This document shows positions 36,512 to 46,099 of a stretch of DNA of 64,000 nt, one piece after another. The stretch comes from Candidatus Micrarchaeota archaeon (GTDB taxonomy: Archaea > Micrarchaeota > Micrarchaeia > Anstonellales > Anstonellaceae), in assembly GCA_026413805.1 (NCBI GenBank), contig JAOAKE010000001.1, positions 30,199 to 94,198 on the forward strand, given 5' to 3'. The notes below the pieces were generated by a model that was not told the origin of the DNA, made no database searches, and saw only the letters and a program-made list of their open reading frames with translations. The position numbers were made by a program, and so were the translations under genes. The stretch's first letter is position 1. The number at the start of each line of letters is the position of its first letter.

Positions 36512-37675
36512 TTATCGCCCGGCAATTATTTTTATTACATCTCCATCTCCAAGCAAATGGTCTGCGCCAATCCTGGTCTTTCTTTTTACATCAATCGCCC
36601 CTATAAACTTAGCAGCAAGCTCGCTGTGCACCATCCCCGCAAGCTGGCGCGCAGTTGTTCCCTTTGGGACTAAGAACGCATCCGGCAAAATCTCCCCTTT
36701 ATGGTTAGAGAGCCTATGTTCATCCTCAACAGGGTAAACTACAATTGCCCCCATTTTCTTGTACACTGCCCAGTCTATTATCTCCTGCACCCCGCTGCTT
36801 TTGTGGGCTTTGAGGAACGCATCTATCTGTGATAGGGCCTCCTTTTGTTTTTCATCAGGCGTTCCCACTAGCTTAAAAGAGCCCTGCCCCGGGGCATACT
36901 CGATCAATCCATGCTCTGCCGCCTTTCGCAGGGCAAGCTCTATCGCTGCGCTGCAGGCAAATACATTTTCAAGCCCTCTTTGCCTTGCCTTTTCAAATTC
37001 TTCTTTTGCGCCGGGCAGGTCCACTTTGTTGAAAGCGACGGCTATAGGAAATCGCATCTCCACCAGCTTCTGGGCTATTCGTTTCATTCCATCATCATCA
37101 GGCATGGTGCCATCGCCTACCTCCAGCCCACAAGAAGCAGCAGCCTGCAAAAGCATTCCCTCGCTTATCCTCAGGCCAGAAAGCGAAAGGGCGGCTTCCT
37201 TCAATGCCAAGTGCCGCCCTCCGCCCTTCCTTTTCATTATTTCAAAGACCCACATCGCTATTTCTTCTTTTAAAAAAGCAACCTCGTCCATTGGGGAGCA
37301 GCCTTGGCACGGGTTGCCATGCAAGTCAGTTTTTCCGCTGCCATCCACAACTTGGATAAATACGTCGGCTTCACGCAGCGAATCTAGAAAGCGGTTGCCA
37401 AGCCCCCTCCCCTTATGGGCTTCTGGCACAAGCCCAGGCGTGTCAATTATGCCGACTGGCACGAGGCGAACGCCATCAACGCATTTTGAATTTTTGGGGT
37501 TGCAGGCTTTCAGTCCAAGCTCCACGTGTGGGCATTGCGCCCTAACATAAGTCACTCCTCTGCTTGCGGTAGTAGTGGTAAAGGGATAGTTTGCTATTGC
37601 AGCATCAACCATAGTAACCGCTGCAAAAAAAGTGCTCTTTCCTTTGTTAGGGGCGCCAACCACTCCAAGAAGCAT
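36512..37675 (-). CDS. Obg-family GTPase, YchF/OLA1-like with TGS domain
   Basis: MLLGVVGAPNKGKSTFF P-loop, DTPGLV G3, C-terminal TGS-like region. Confidence 0.8.
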   Translation of the reverse strand: MLLGVVGAPNKGKSTFFAAVTMVDAAIANYPFTTTTASRGVTYVRAQCPHVELGLKACNPKNSKCVDGVRLVPVGIIDTPGLVPEAHKGRGLGNRFLDSLREADVFIQVVDGSGKTDLHGNPCQGCSPMDEVAFLKEEIAMWVFEIMKRKGGGRHLALKEAALSLSGLRISEGMLLQAAASCGLEVGDGTMPDDDGMKRIAQKLVEMRFPIAVAFNKVDLPGAKEEFEKARQRGLENVFACSAAIELALRKAAEHGLIEYAPGQGSFKLVGTPDEKQKEALSQIDAFLKAHKSSGVQEIIDWAVYKKMGAIVVYPVEDEHRLSNHKGEILPDAFLVPKGTTARQLAGMVHSELAAKFIGAIDVKRKTRIGADHLLGDGDVIKIIAGR

Positions 37676-37728
37676 GCTTTAGACAAGGAAGCCATCACTA
37701 TTAAAGCTTAACACAGAATTATCACTAC

Positions 37729-38940
37729 ATGCTCTTCTCATCTGAAAAGCCGCAAAGACTCTCAGAAATAGCAGGCAACCAACCTGCCATGTCTGAGATA
37801 AAAAAATGGGCCGATGCTTGGGAAAAGGGAGGCGCACAAAAACCCCTTTTGATATTTGGCCCTCCAGGGACAGGAAAAACCTCCATAGCATACGCACTCG
37901 CATCCGAATATGGATGGGGAATTTTTGAGTTCAATGCCTCTGATTTGCGCGATGAGGCAGCAGCTGAGCGGTTTCTTGCAAATGCTTCCCTTTCAGGCAG
38001 CCTTTTTGGGAAAAGGAAGCTCATATTAATTGATGATGTAGACTCGCTTTCCCCCCAAGAAGACAAAGGAGGGCTAGCCGCAATCTCAAAAATAATTACT
38101 TCCTCCAAGCAGCCCACAATACTAACTGCTATTGACTATTACGACAAAAAGCTCCAAGGCATAAGGGGCAGCTGCACTCCTGTAAAGCTGCAAAGAGTCT
38201 ATTTGCCGACCATCCTCTCGCTCCTTAAAAAAATTGCAGCTAAACATAAAGTAGAAGTGAGCGAGAAAGACCTAGCAGCAGTGGCCTCTGCTTCTGGCGG
38301 CGATGTTCGCGCAGCCCTCAATGACTTGCAGGCCCGCAACCTGAGTGCAAGGCGGGACTCCCAAAAAAACATATTTGAAGTAGTTCGCGCCATCTTCAAG
38401 TCCAGCGCATATTCAGAGGCGCGCAGGGCAGCTTTTGATTCTGAAACCGAGCACGATACCCTCAAGCTCTGGATAGCAGAGAACATACCTGTAGAATATG
38501 AAAAGCCATTTGACATAGCAGAGGCATACAATTCCCTTTCGCGCGCAGATGTGTTCGACGGCAGGATACTAAAAAGGCAGTACTGGGGCTTTCTGCGCTA
38601 CTCCTCTGACCACATCTCAGCAGGAGTGGCGGTTGCAAAAAGCTCTCGTTATAGCAAGTTTTCCACTTATGCTTACCCGAACTATATCAAAGAGATGGGA
38701 GCAACCAAGTCCTCGCGCCAGCTGCGAAAGGCAATCTTGCGAAAAATCGCGCTTGCCTGCCACTGCTCAATGAGGCAAGCTGAAGCATACCTTTTCTTGC
38801 TTAACCTCCTTTCCTCAAAGGACGCACAAGGAACTGCAAAGTTTTTTGGATTTAACGAAGACGAGCTTCAATTCCTTGCATCCCTGCCTTCAAATGCTGC
38901 TGCCAGCAGGGGAGCAGGCAGGCAAAAAAGCGGAGGCTGA
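37729..38940 (+). CDS. rfcL: replication factor C large subunit
   Basis: W..W....KPLLIFGPPGTGKTSIAYALA...FNASD pattern, AAA+ core, sensor motifs; possible start at 37789. Confidence 0.8.
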   Translation: MLFSSEKPQRLSEIAGNQPAMSEIKKWADAWEKGGAQKPLLIFGPPGTGKTSIAYALASEYGWGIFEFNASDLRDEAAAERFLANASLSGSLFGKRKLILIDDVDSLSPQEDKGGLAAISKIITSSKQPTILTAIDYYDKKLQGIRGSCTPVKLQRVYLPTILSLLKKIAAKHKVEVSEKDLAAVASASGGDVRAALNDLQARNLSARRDSQKNIFEVVRAIFKSSAYSEARRAAFDSETEHDTLKLWIAENIPVEYEKPFDIAEAYNSLSRADVFDGRILKRQYWGFLRYSSDHISAGVAVAKSSRYSKFSTYAYPNYIKEMGATKSSRQLRKAILRKIALACHCSMRQAEAYLFLLNLLSSKDAQGTAKFFGFNEDELQFLASLPSNAAASRGAGRQKSGG

Positions 38941-38942
38941 AT

Positions 38943-39383
38943 ATGAAGCGGTTTCACCCGTCCCCGAAGAAAAAATGGGTGCAGGCGGCATGCATCCTCC
39001 TTTTTTTTGCTATCGTGATTTTTGCCCTTCCCATCCCGATGGATGCCACGCTGTCCTACACATCTTTCTTTTTTTTGGCGCTTGTTGTCCTCGCATCCGC
39101 CATGCTTGAGACAGCGCGCATGCTGCTTATCACCTACACCATGTCAGATGACGCAATAACAATGGAGAAGACATTTTTGTCCTCATTCAAGCACACCATC
39201 CCATTCAAAAGCATAGACAACATATTTACAAAAGCATCTGCGGTTGACAGGCTCTTGTCGCTGGCAGACGTCTATATAGACACGCCCGGGGGCTTTGGCT
39301 TTGAGATGGTGATGCATGACATCCCGCAAGAGGTGGCAGATGAGCTTCTTGCGGCAGTGAAAAAGGTAAAAGGTAGTGGTTAG
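38943..39383 (+). CDS. membrane protein with bacterial-type PH domain (bPH_2/YdbS-like)
   Basis: Two N-terminal TM helices followed by ~80-aa domain with IPFKSIDNI...VYIDTPGG pattern. Confidence 0.55.
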   Translation: MKRFHPSPKKKWVQAACILLFFAIVIFALPIPMDATLSYTSFFFLALVVLASAMLETARMLLITYTMSDDAITMEKTFLSSFKHTIPFKSIDNIFTKASAVDRLLSLADVYIDTPGGFGFEMVMHDIPQEVADELLAAVKKVKGSG

Positions 39384-39884
39384 ATGCTTGTTGAATCTAA
39401 GAAGAAAAAAGGGTTTTTTGAGGAAACGAACAATGAGCTTGCCTCTCTTTTTGCCGAGGCTGGCGCAGGGTTTTCGTTCCAAAAGCAGTTCCTTTTCCAC
39501 CCACTGGAAGCCGCCTATTTTGTTAAAATCGGAAAGGCAGCTTTCAAGGATTTCAAGACTTTTGAAAGCTTCCTGTCGCGCTGGAGGCAGAAAGACCCGT
39601 CATTTCCCTTTGCATTTTCAGTCTATTTTGCCATCCGCCAGACAGGAAGGCTCATCTATCCATACATGAAAAAAACGAACTTCTTTCGCGTCTATTCCCC
39701 CGGAGTTGGCAGGCAGGATTCCCGTCCTTCCCAACTGGTTTGCCTCTTGCCAGGGAAGTTTCCATCGCAAAAAACACTTGAGAACGAGGTAAGAGTTGCA
39801 CACCTTGCAAGGCTGGATTTGATAGTTGCATGCGGAACCCCGCAAAACATAAGGTTTTACAAAATCTCCAGCTTCAATTTCTAG
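39384..39884 (+). CDS. tRNA-splicing endonuclease family protein lacking catalytic His/Lys (putative structural/beta-type subunit)
   Basis: C-terminal block NFFRVYSPG...QLVCLL...RVAHLARLDLIVACG aligns with EndA catalytic-domain blocks GADFRLY / HS.YLV / RVAHSVRKKLLIA but His and Lys positions are substituted; N-terminal EAAYFVKIGK resembles EndA N-domain; ATG with AGGTAG RBS. Confidence 0.55.
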   Translation: MLVESKKKKGFFEETNNELASLFAEAGAGFSFQKQFLFHPLEAAYFVKIGKAAFKDFKTFESFLSRWRQKDPSFPFAFSVYFAIRQTGRLIYPYMKKTNFFRVYSPGVGRQDSRPSQLVCLLPGKFPSQKTLENEVRVAHLARLDLIVACGTPQNIRFYKISSFNF

Positions 39885-39938
39885 CTTCCGCGCCCCATCT
39901 ACAAATAGTGTTTTATTACTCCTTACAGTTTTTTTCGC

Positions 39939-40442
39939 ATGCAGCATTGCCTTTCATGTGGCGCAACTATTGACGAGTTTGATTCAGCTTACTATGCCCG
40001 CACAATGCTTTGCATCCCATGCTGGACAAGAAAGGCTTCAGAGCTCGCAAAATCCCCCTGCCCTCGCTGTGGGGTGCTTGTGCGAAAGGAGGAGGCAAGG
40101 CTAAGGGAAGGAAGGTATTACTGCGGGCACTGCTTTTTTGAGCTTGAAAGGCTGGAAAAAATCCCACAAAAGCCATTATGCACCCTTTGCAGGAATGCAA
40201 TTGAGGACTGGCAGGGCAGCATAAGGTCTCCGGCCGGGCAATTCTTCCACAAATCATGCCTTGAGGACATCAAGAAAGGGCGGCATGCTGCCCGCTGCAT
40301 TAGGTGTGGCAGGCAGACAGACATCTATTCAGTTTCGCCTGATGGATTGATTACCTGCTTTGAGTGCGCAAAAAAAGGAGAGGGCACACAGAAAGCCGCC
40401 TCGCTTTTGGTAAGCATATTCAATCGCGTGATGCCTCGCTGA
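39939..40442 (+). CDS. multi-zinc-ribbon protein (five CxxC-containing pairs), hypothetical
   Basis: CLSCG, CIPCW, CPRCG, CGHCF, CTLCR, CIRCG, CFEC motifs regularly spaced. Confidence 0.5.
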   Translation: MQHCLSCGATIDEFDSAYYARTMLCIPCWTRKASELAKSPCPRCGVLVRKEEARLREGRYYCGHCFFELERLEKIPQKPLCTLCRNAIEDWQGSIRSPAGQFFHKSCLEDIKKGRHAARCIRCGRQTDIYSVSPDGLITCFECAKKGEGTQKAASLLVSIFNRVMPR

Positions 40443-40498
40443 CGTTTTCAGCCCAACCCAAATCAAATACTTAATAAACTTCCTCCCAAAATAATAAT

Positions 40499-41371
40499 AT
40501 GGTCGCCAAGCTTCTGGCCAGCCAGAACTCTTCCTATCTTTTTCCAGCTGGCATTGAGCTTAAGAACTTCCCAGACAAGGAAAGCCATGTTTTGGTAAAA
40601 GACCTTGAGTCATTGCGCGGGCAAGACGTGCAGGTTCTCCATCGCTGCTACCCCAAGCAAGACAGCAGCCTTGTCCAGCTCTTTTTAATTGGCAGGACGG
40701 TTGCCAAAGTGGCAAATCGCATGGAAGCAATTATCCCCTACTTACCATATGCCCGGCAGGACAAGATCTGGAAGCCCGGCGAGGCGCTTTCTGCCGAAGC
40801 GGTCTGCGAAATGATAAAGGCAGCAGGGTTTTCATCAATAGCCACCTTTGACTGCCACTTCATAAAGAAGCCTGGCGAAACAACTTACGGCGGAATCCGA
40901 ATACGCAACTTCTCACTTTCAAGCGCCCTCGTCTCTTACTTTAAGGCAAAAAAGCCAGACGCGATATTCATCTCCCCTGATGAAGGGGCAAAATACTTGG
41001 TAAGCGAAAGCGGCGGGGCGTCAATGGTCAAAAAGAGGGGCGACTATGCAAACCATAAAAAGAGGGCAGTCCGCCAGGTCGAGTCCCTTGAGCTGAATGG
41101 CGGGCTCGATGTTCGCGGCAAAGACGTAATCATACTTGACGACATGATTGCAGGCGGGGGCACCATGATTCGCGCAGTTCGCGCAGTAATTTCGCTTGGC
41201 GCGCGTTCAGTTTGCTGTGGCTGCACACACGGGCTGTTTTTAGGGGACTCTTACACAAAGCTTCAAGATGCCGGCGCCGAAGAAATAGTCTCTTCAAACA
41301 CAATTGCCTCCGAGGCTTCAAAGATAGACATATTGCCCGAGATAAAAAACAAAATACTGGGCACTTTCTAA
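40499..41371 (+). CDS. prs: ribose-phosphate pyrophosphokinase (PRPP synthetase)
   Basis: PRPP-binding loop VIILDDMIAGGGTM and N-terminal Prs pattern. Confidence 0.8.
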   Translation: MVAKLLASQNSSYLFPAGIELKNFPDKESHVLVKDLESLRGQDVQVLHRCYPKQDSSLVQLFLIGRTVAKVANRMEAIIPYLPYARQDKIWKPGEALSAEAVCEMIKAAGFSSIATFDCHFIKKPGETTYGGIRIRNFSLSSALVSYFKAKKPDAIFISPDEGAKYLVSESGGASMVKKRGDYANHKKRAVRQVESLELNGGLDVRGKDVIILDDMIAGGGTMIRAVRAVISLGARSVCCGCTHGLFLGDSYTKLQDAGAEEIVSSNTIASEASKIDILPEIKNKILGTF

Positions 41372-41387
41372 ATTTACCTTTGCGCTT

Positions 41388-42911
41388 ATGTGTGGCTTGC
41401 TGTCTGCCCAAAAGGTGCTTTCTGGGGAGGTTGCAGCCAGGACCTTTTTTGTCCGCCCGCCAGAGCCCGTCCCTCAACTGTTGGTCTCAAGCCCAGCAGA
41501 ATCGATATACATCGGAAAGACCAAGCTGTTAAAAGTACCTTTCTTTTGGAACCCAGCCAAGCTAATCAACCCTCATCTGTGCATTGTGGGCATTACAGGC
41601 TCTGGCAAATCCTATTTTGTAAAGGCATTCACTACCCGCGCACGCCTTGTTTTCAATGCCAATATCCTCATACTGGACTGGGCGGGCGAATATGTGGAGT
41701 GGGTGCGGCTCGCAGGCGGCAAGGTAATTTCATTTGGCGAGAACGGAATCAACCTGCTAGACCCCGGCCAAGCCACCCCGGAGATTCGCATGCGGCAGGT
41801 AATCTCTGCATTGGAGATGCTTACCGACTTGGCAAGCTTTCCTTCGCAGCGCTCCCTTACTGAAGAAGCTATAGAAAAGGCGTACTTGCAGAGGGGCCTT
41901 TCCTTGAACAAAGCAGGTCAGCAAAAAAAGCCACCTACCCTTGCAGAGGTGCACGCCATTTTAAAAAAGGATGCAAAAAGGTCCCAGGCAGCCTCTGAAG
42001 CAGCAAGGAGGGTTAATTCCCTTCTGCTTTCATCTGGCAAGTCATTTTCTCACTCTACCATTGGGATAGACTCAATCCTCTCGGGCCTTGTGTGCATTGA
42101 TTTGCACTCCCTGCCAACCGAGTCTCTAAGAAGCCTTGCAGGCCTGACAATACTTCAGTTCATTAAAGACAGGATGCGCTCCGAGCAGTTCCAAGCAGAG
42201 GGCAGGCCCAGGCTCTTTGTGGTGGTTGACGAGGCTTGGAAGATTGCTTCTGATGAGCGCTCCGATGTAATCTCCATCGTGCGGGAGGGCAGAAAGTATG
42301 GCTTTGGGTTGATAATTGCCTCCCAAAACCCAACTGACATTCACAAAAGCATTTTTTCAAATGCAGGGACAACATTCATCTTCCGCCTGACCCTTGCCTC
42401 CGAGCGCGAATACCTTCGCTCTTCCCTTTCTTATTCAGACTATTATGAAGAAGCCTCGCATAGCATGGGGGTAGGGCAGGCCCTCGTCCACATCGAGCCA
42501 GCAGCAGCAATCCCCTGCCCGCGCAATTTCATAATAGATAAAGTCGACGGAGAGCCCCTCCTCGAAGTTTGCTATATTTGCGGTGGTGGCATGAACCTTG
42601 AAATGGAAAAAGAATTTTTGGTGCGCAAGCTGCATAATTTCGGCTTGACTGAAAGGCAGGTCGCCCACCTGCTTGGAAGGTTTGAGCGAGGAAGCTTTAC
42701 TTTAGACGCCCCAACCTTCATTTTAGAGCTAGAGAAATTTGGGCATAGCCGCGCTGCAATAATTATGCTTTTGCGCGACCTCGGGGCCCATGAAAAAGAC
42801 CTTCTTCGCCTTTTCTCATCAGCATTTCAAAAAGGCAAGGCAAAGATTTCAGTGGAGCTATCTACAGAAAAGGAAAAAGAAAAAAGCCGGAGGCAGAAAA
42901 ACAAACCATAG
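41388..42911 (+). CDS. HerA/FtsK-superfamily ATPase with DUF87-like domain (VirB4/CedB/HerA-like)
   Basis: P-loop HLCIVGITGSGKSYFVKAF, Walker B LFVVVDEAWKIA, downstream GFGLIIASQNPTD typical of DUF87/HerA-like ATPases. Confidence 0.65.
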   Translation: MCGLLSAQKVLSGEVAARTFFVRPPEPVPQLLVSSPAESIYIGKTKLLKVPFFWNPAKLINPHLCIVGITGSGKSYFVKAFTTRARLVFNANILILDWAGEYVEWVRLAGGKVISFGENGINLLDPGQATPEIRMRQVISALEMLTDLASFPSQRSLTEEAIEKAYLQRGLSLNKAGQQKKPPTLAEVHAILKKDAKRSQAASEAARRVNSLLLSSGKSFSHSTIGIDSILSGLVCIDLHSLPTESLRSLAGLTILQFIKDRMRSEQFQAEGRPRLFVVVDEAWKIASDERSDVISIVREGRKYGFGLIIASQNPTDIHKSIFSNAGTTFIFRLTLASEREYLRSSLSYSDYYEEASHSMGVGQALVHIEPAAAIPCPRNFIIDKVDGEPLLEVCYICGGGMNLEMEKEFLVRKLHNFGLTERQVAHLLGRFERGSFTLDAPTFILELEKFGHSRAAIIMLLRDLGAHEKDLLRLFSSAFQKGKAKISVELSTEKEKEKSRRQKNKP

Positions 42912-42920
42912 GGTGTTCCC

Positions 42921-43766
42921 ATGTCGTTGAAAGAAAAAACGATAAAGCTTGATTTCTCCATCCCAATTTTTTTCAAGGGAAGCTGGCCCCCAGACACCTC
43001 TTTGCTTGCAGCAGCTGGCTTTGACTCAATCTCAATATCTTCCCGAGCCTTAAAGATAACTAAAGTGCATGGCACTGATTTGGTTGGCACCCCGAACAAC
43101 ATGACTCAAATAACCATACAAAAAGGCAGCGCCACAATCACCATTCTCGCCCCAAGCCAAACTGATGAAGAAGCTGCCAAGATGAGAGCAATACTTATTT
43201 TTCTGCGAGTGGCTCGTCTCATCCCAGGCTTATCTGCCGAATTGTCCAAAGTCTCAGAACTTATCCTGCCTTCGCTCGAGGTGGCAAATTCCATCTTTTC
43301 TTCTTCTTATGATTCGCTTTTGAAAAGGCATAAAGACTTGGAAGAGCTGTTTTATGAGGAGCAGAAAAAGAACAAGCAGCTTGCAAAAATGTCTGAGGAG
43401 CTTGCAGCTTCCAACCTTGACCTTGAAAAGCAAGTCGGGGAGCTAAAGGAGTGGCGGCGCAGGCTCGAAACACTGCCTGATGAAGCCCTCTGCGAGCTGG
43501 TGCTGGATTGGGTCAACACCCATAGGGGCACATTCAGCCTGCCAAGCTTCTCCAAAGCCACGGGGGTACCGCCTGCAAGGGCAGAAGAAGGGCTTGAAAT
43601 GCTTCTTAAAAAAGGCGTCCTTCGCCGTCTGAAAAGCGGGTTTGCCCAAGAGTCTTCCCTTGCTGAAAGGCAGTTTGAAGTGAAAGGCCTCTTGCCAGGG
43701 AGGGCAAAAGATTCAATCTATCGCTGGCTGCGCAACACCTTCTCTTCATCTATCAAAAACAAGTAG
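42921..43766 (+). CDS. hypothetical protein, N-terminal alpha/beta domain, central coiled coil, C-terminal winged-helix-like region
   Basis: ATG with AGGGTG RBS 10 nt after ATPase stop (operon-like); no catalytic motif. Confidence 0.45.
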   Translation: MSLKEKTIKLDFSIPIFFKGSWPPDTSLLAAAGFDSISISSRALKITKVHGTDLVGTPNNMTQITIQKGSATITILAPSQTDEEAAKMRAILIFLRVARLIPGLSAELSKVSELILPSLEVANSIFSSSYDSLLKRHKDLEELFYEEQKKNKQLAKMSEELAASNLDLEKQVGELKEWRRRLETLPDEALCELVLDWVNTHRGTFSLPSFSKATGVPPARAEEGLEMLLKKGVLRRLKSGFAQESSLAERQFEVKGLLPGRAKDSIYRWLRNTFSSSIKNK

Positions 43767-46084
43767 CAGCCAGCGGCAGCCACTAAGCCAAAGGCAACAA
43801 GAAGCACAACATGCCATCCTATCGCAGGCTCTGCCGTTATTTCAAATTCCCCCTGGCCAATCCCACTTATTTTTGAAAGAGAAGTTTTTTCGTCTTTTAT
43901 TATTTCACAAGTGCCCTTCTTGTTCGTGCATTTGGAGTTAAGAAGGGCATAATTGCAAAGAAAGATAGTGCAGTTATCCTTTTCACATCTCCCCTTTAGC
44001 CAAGCCTTGCCATACCAAATGCGATATGACTCCACTTTTGCATCCTCAGAGTAATAGCCAACAGGGGCTATTGAAGGCATATCTTTTAGTGCAAAGAGCC
44101 TGCCTGCGCCAGAGGAAACAATTTCTATAAACCGCCCGTCATTTTTAATTTCCAGGTATTCTTCATACCTAGTCTTTTCATCCGGTTCATATGAAAGCTT
44201 GTTATTTCCTAGTATAACATACTTGCTGTTGCGCTCTTTCATGTTTTCGTAAAGAGAGTTGGCATCTACGTACCATTGATGGCCGATGAACGAGGGCCAT
44301 AAGCTGCTTATCGGGTAATGAGACACTAAATTATATGGGATAAAGGCAACATAGCCATCTTTTGCTGTAGCCCTGACTTCTTCTAAAAATTCCCATTCTA
44401 TTGCGAAGCCAACATCGTCTGCCAAATTCCTATAGATGAGTGCCTGCCTTTCAAAGACGCCTGCACAATGTATAGCAGTGGGGATAGAAAGAAGAACCAC
44501 TGCGCCCAAGACAGTAATGTCATCCAGCTTAGAGCTTTTTTTAAATGAAGCTATGCACCGTTTTCCATAATCATATAGCCGCTGCATGCCCATGCCTGCA
44601 ACAAAAAACATTGGCAAGAAAAAAGAGGGAAAGTACCTCAACCCATCCAAAAAGTCAAAGTAGTCATTTGCCTGCGGGCTGGTGGCAATTGCCAATATAA
44701 TTAACGCCTTCGAGGCAAGCAAGGCAGGAAAAAGCAGCTTCTGTTTCCATATGGCATAGCCACCCAAAATAATCAAAATAGGCAGCACAAGTGTTCCCAC
44801 TTGCAGCAGGGCGACAAGAGGCTGGTGCCAATCTGAAATAGACACCCCTCCAAGCTGTGCAGGAGGCAAAGTCAAAAGGTTCTCCCAGACAAACAAGGCA
44901 TAGCCTACAGACAATGACAAGCAGGCAAAAGCCAAAACAACCACTCTCTTTCGCAACCTACCTTCCAAAAATGCTGCTAAAAAAAGGACAAGGAGCATCA
45001 CAAGTAGTGGGAAAAAAATCTTTGGATGGCACAACAAGGCAGCTGCAAAAACAAAGGCTGCCAGCAGAAATCTCGCTTTCTTTTTTTCAAAGACAAATTC
45101 GTATGCAAAATAGAAAAAAAGCAAAGTAAGGTACGTTGCAAGGGTTCGCGGCAGCATGCCATACTTAAACAAGTCTGGCCAGCCGCCAACCAACAGCCCG
45201 CTACTTGGTATGAAAAGGTAGATAAGCGAGCTAAAGACAAACACAGCTTCCCTGCCAGCTGGAATCTTTCTTGAAAACAGGTAAAAGAGGGCTATTGGGG
45301 CAAAAAACAAGATTATTGCATACACCTTGAATGCATATTGGGGCGTTATCCCAAAAACAGCGCTCATTAAGGCAGCTGGAAGCACGCTGGCAAATGAATA
45401 TATAGCAACGGGCCAAGCCCCCTCTTTGAGATGATCAACAAGAATAGCGGTTCTGTCCAGATGGGCTGGTGCATCAGTGCCGTAAAAAGAGGAGGGCATC
45501 TTTTCATTATAAACAGGCTTCCAGCTTGGCGAGAGATAGAGGCCCAAAAGGGGAGTTGCCTGGCTTATTCTTCTCGGGCGGAAGAATCCCTCCAGCTTCC
45601 CCCAATCATCTTTTTTCTCAGCTTCAGCTTCTTTTTTGCCTATTTCAGCAAATAAATCCAGCTCTCCCTCTATTTTCAAATCTACTTTATATCTGCTCTC
45701 ATTGCAAGGAGCGCAGATAGCCACGCCATTTATTTCAAGGTAATCTAGCCTCAGCTCTCCTTCACTTAAGCCAATTTCAACTTGGTCTACCTTGCCCTGA
45801 CCTAAAAAAGAGGAATTTACTTGATAGCCATCAACGTTCATTACAGGAATAACTAGTCGATTATACGCTGCAAATGAATCAAAAGAAGCATTTACAACTT
45901 GTCCATCCTCCTCATATGTCCCAAAAGAAAGGGCCTTTTGGTAATGAAACTCGGGCTCTAAAATCCCTATTCTTAATGCAATAATGATGCAAGTGATTGC
46001 AACCAGAAGAAAAGGAACCCTGTCTTTTAACCGAAGCACCCCACAGCAAAAGGAAGGCCTTTCTTTCCGAGCAGTTTTCCCCAT
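43718..46084 (-). CDS. large (788 aa) polytopic membrane protein with N-terminal signal-anchor, ~220-aa extracytoplasmic domain, ~10 TM core and C-terminal Cys-containing domain plus terminal TM; possible GT-C-type glycosyltransferase
   Basis: Hydropathy pattern from translation; ATG confirmed; no family signature recognised with confidence. Confidence 0.5.
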   Translation of the reverse strand: MGKTARKERPSFCCGVLRLKDRVPFLLVAITCIIIALRIGILEPEFHYQKALSFGTYEEDGQVVNASFDSFAAYNRLVIPVMNVDGYQVNSSFLGQGKVDQVEIGLSEGELRLDYLEINGVAICAPCNESRYKVDLKIEGELDLFAEIGKKEAEAEKKDDWGKLEGFFRPRRISQATPLLGLYLSPSWKPVYNEKMPSSFYGTDAPAHLDRTAILVDHLKEGAWPVAIYSFASVLPAALMSAVFGITPQYAFKVYAIILFFAPIALFYLFSRKIPAGREAVFVFSSLIYLFIPSSGLLVGGWPDLFKYGMLPRTLATYLTLLFFYFAYEFVFEKKKARFLLAAFVFAAALLCHPKIFFPLLVMLLVLFLAAFLEGRLRKRVVVLAFACLSLSVGYALFVWENLLTLPPAQLGGVSISDWHQPLVALLQVGTLVLPILIILGGYAIWKQKLLFPALLASKALIILAIATSPQANDYFDFLDGLRYFPSFFLPMFFVAGMGMQRLYDYGKRCIASFKKSSKLDDITVLGAVVLLSIPTAIHCAGVFERQALIYRNLADDVGFAIEWEFLEEVRATAKDGYVAFIPYNLVSHYPISSLWPSFIGHQWYVDANSLYENMKERNSKYVILGNNKLSYEPDEKTRYEEYLEIKNDGRFIEIVSSGAGRLFALKDMPSIAPVGYYSEDAKVESYRIWYGKAWLKGRCEKDNCTIFLCNYALLNSKCTNKKGTCEIIKDEKTSLSKISGIGQGEFEITAEPAIGWHVVLLVAFGLVAAAGCYLFLIDEEKVLRSQR

Positions 46085-46099
46085 TTTGCCATCCCCTTT

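Noticed and set aside
36759-37550. 263-aa plus-strand ORF antisense to ychF-like GTPase
   Set aside because: Ser/Pro/Ala-rich low-complexity translation opposite a P-loop GTPase with intact motifs
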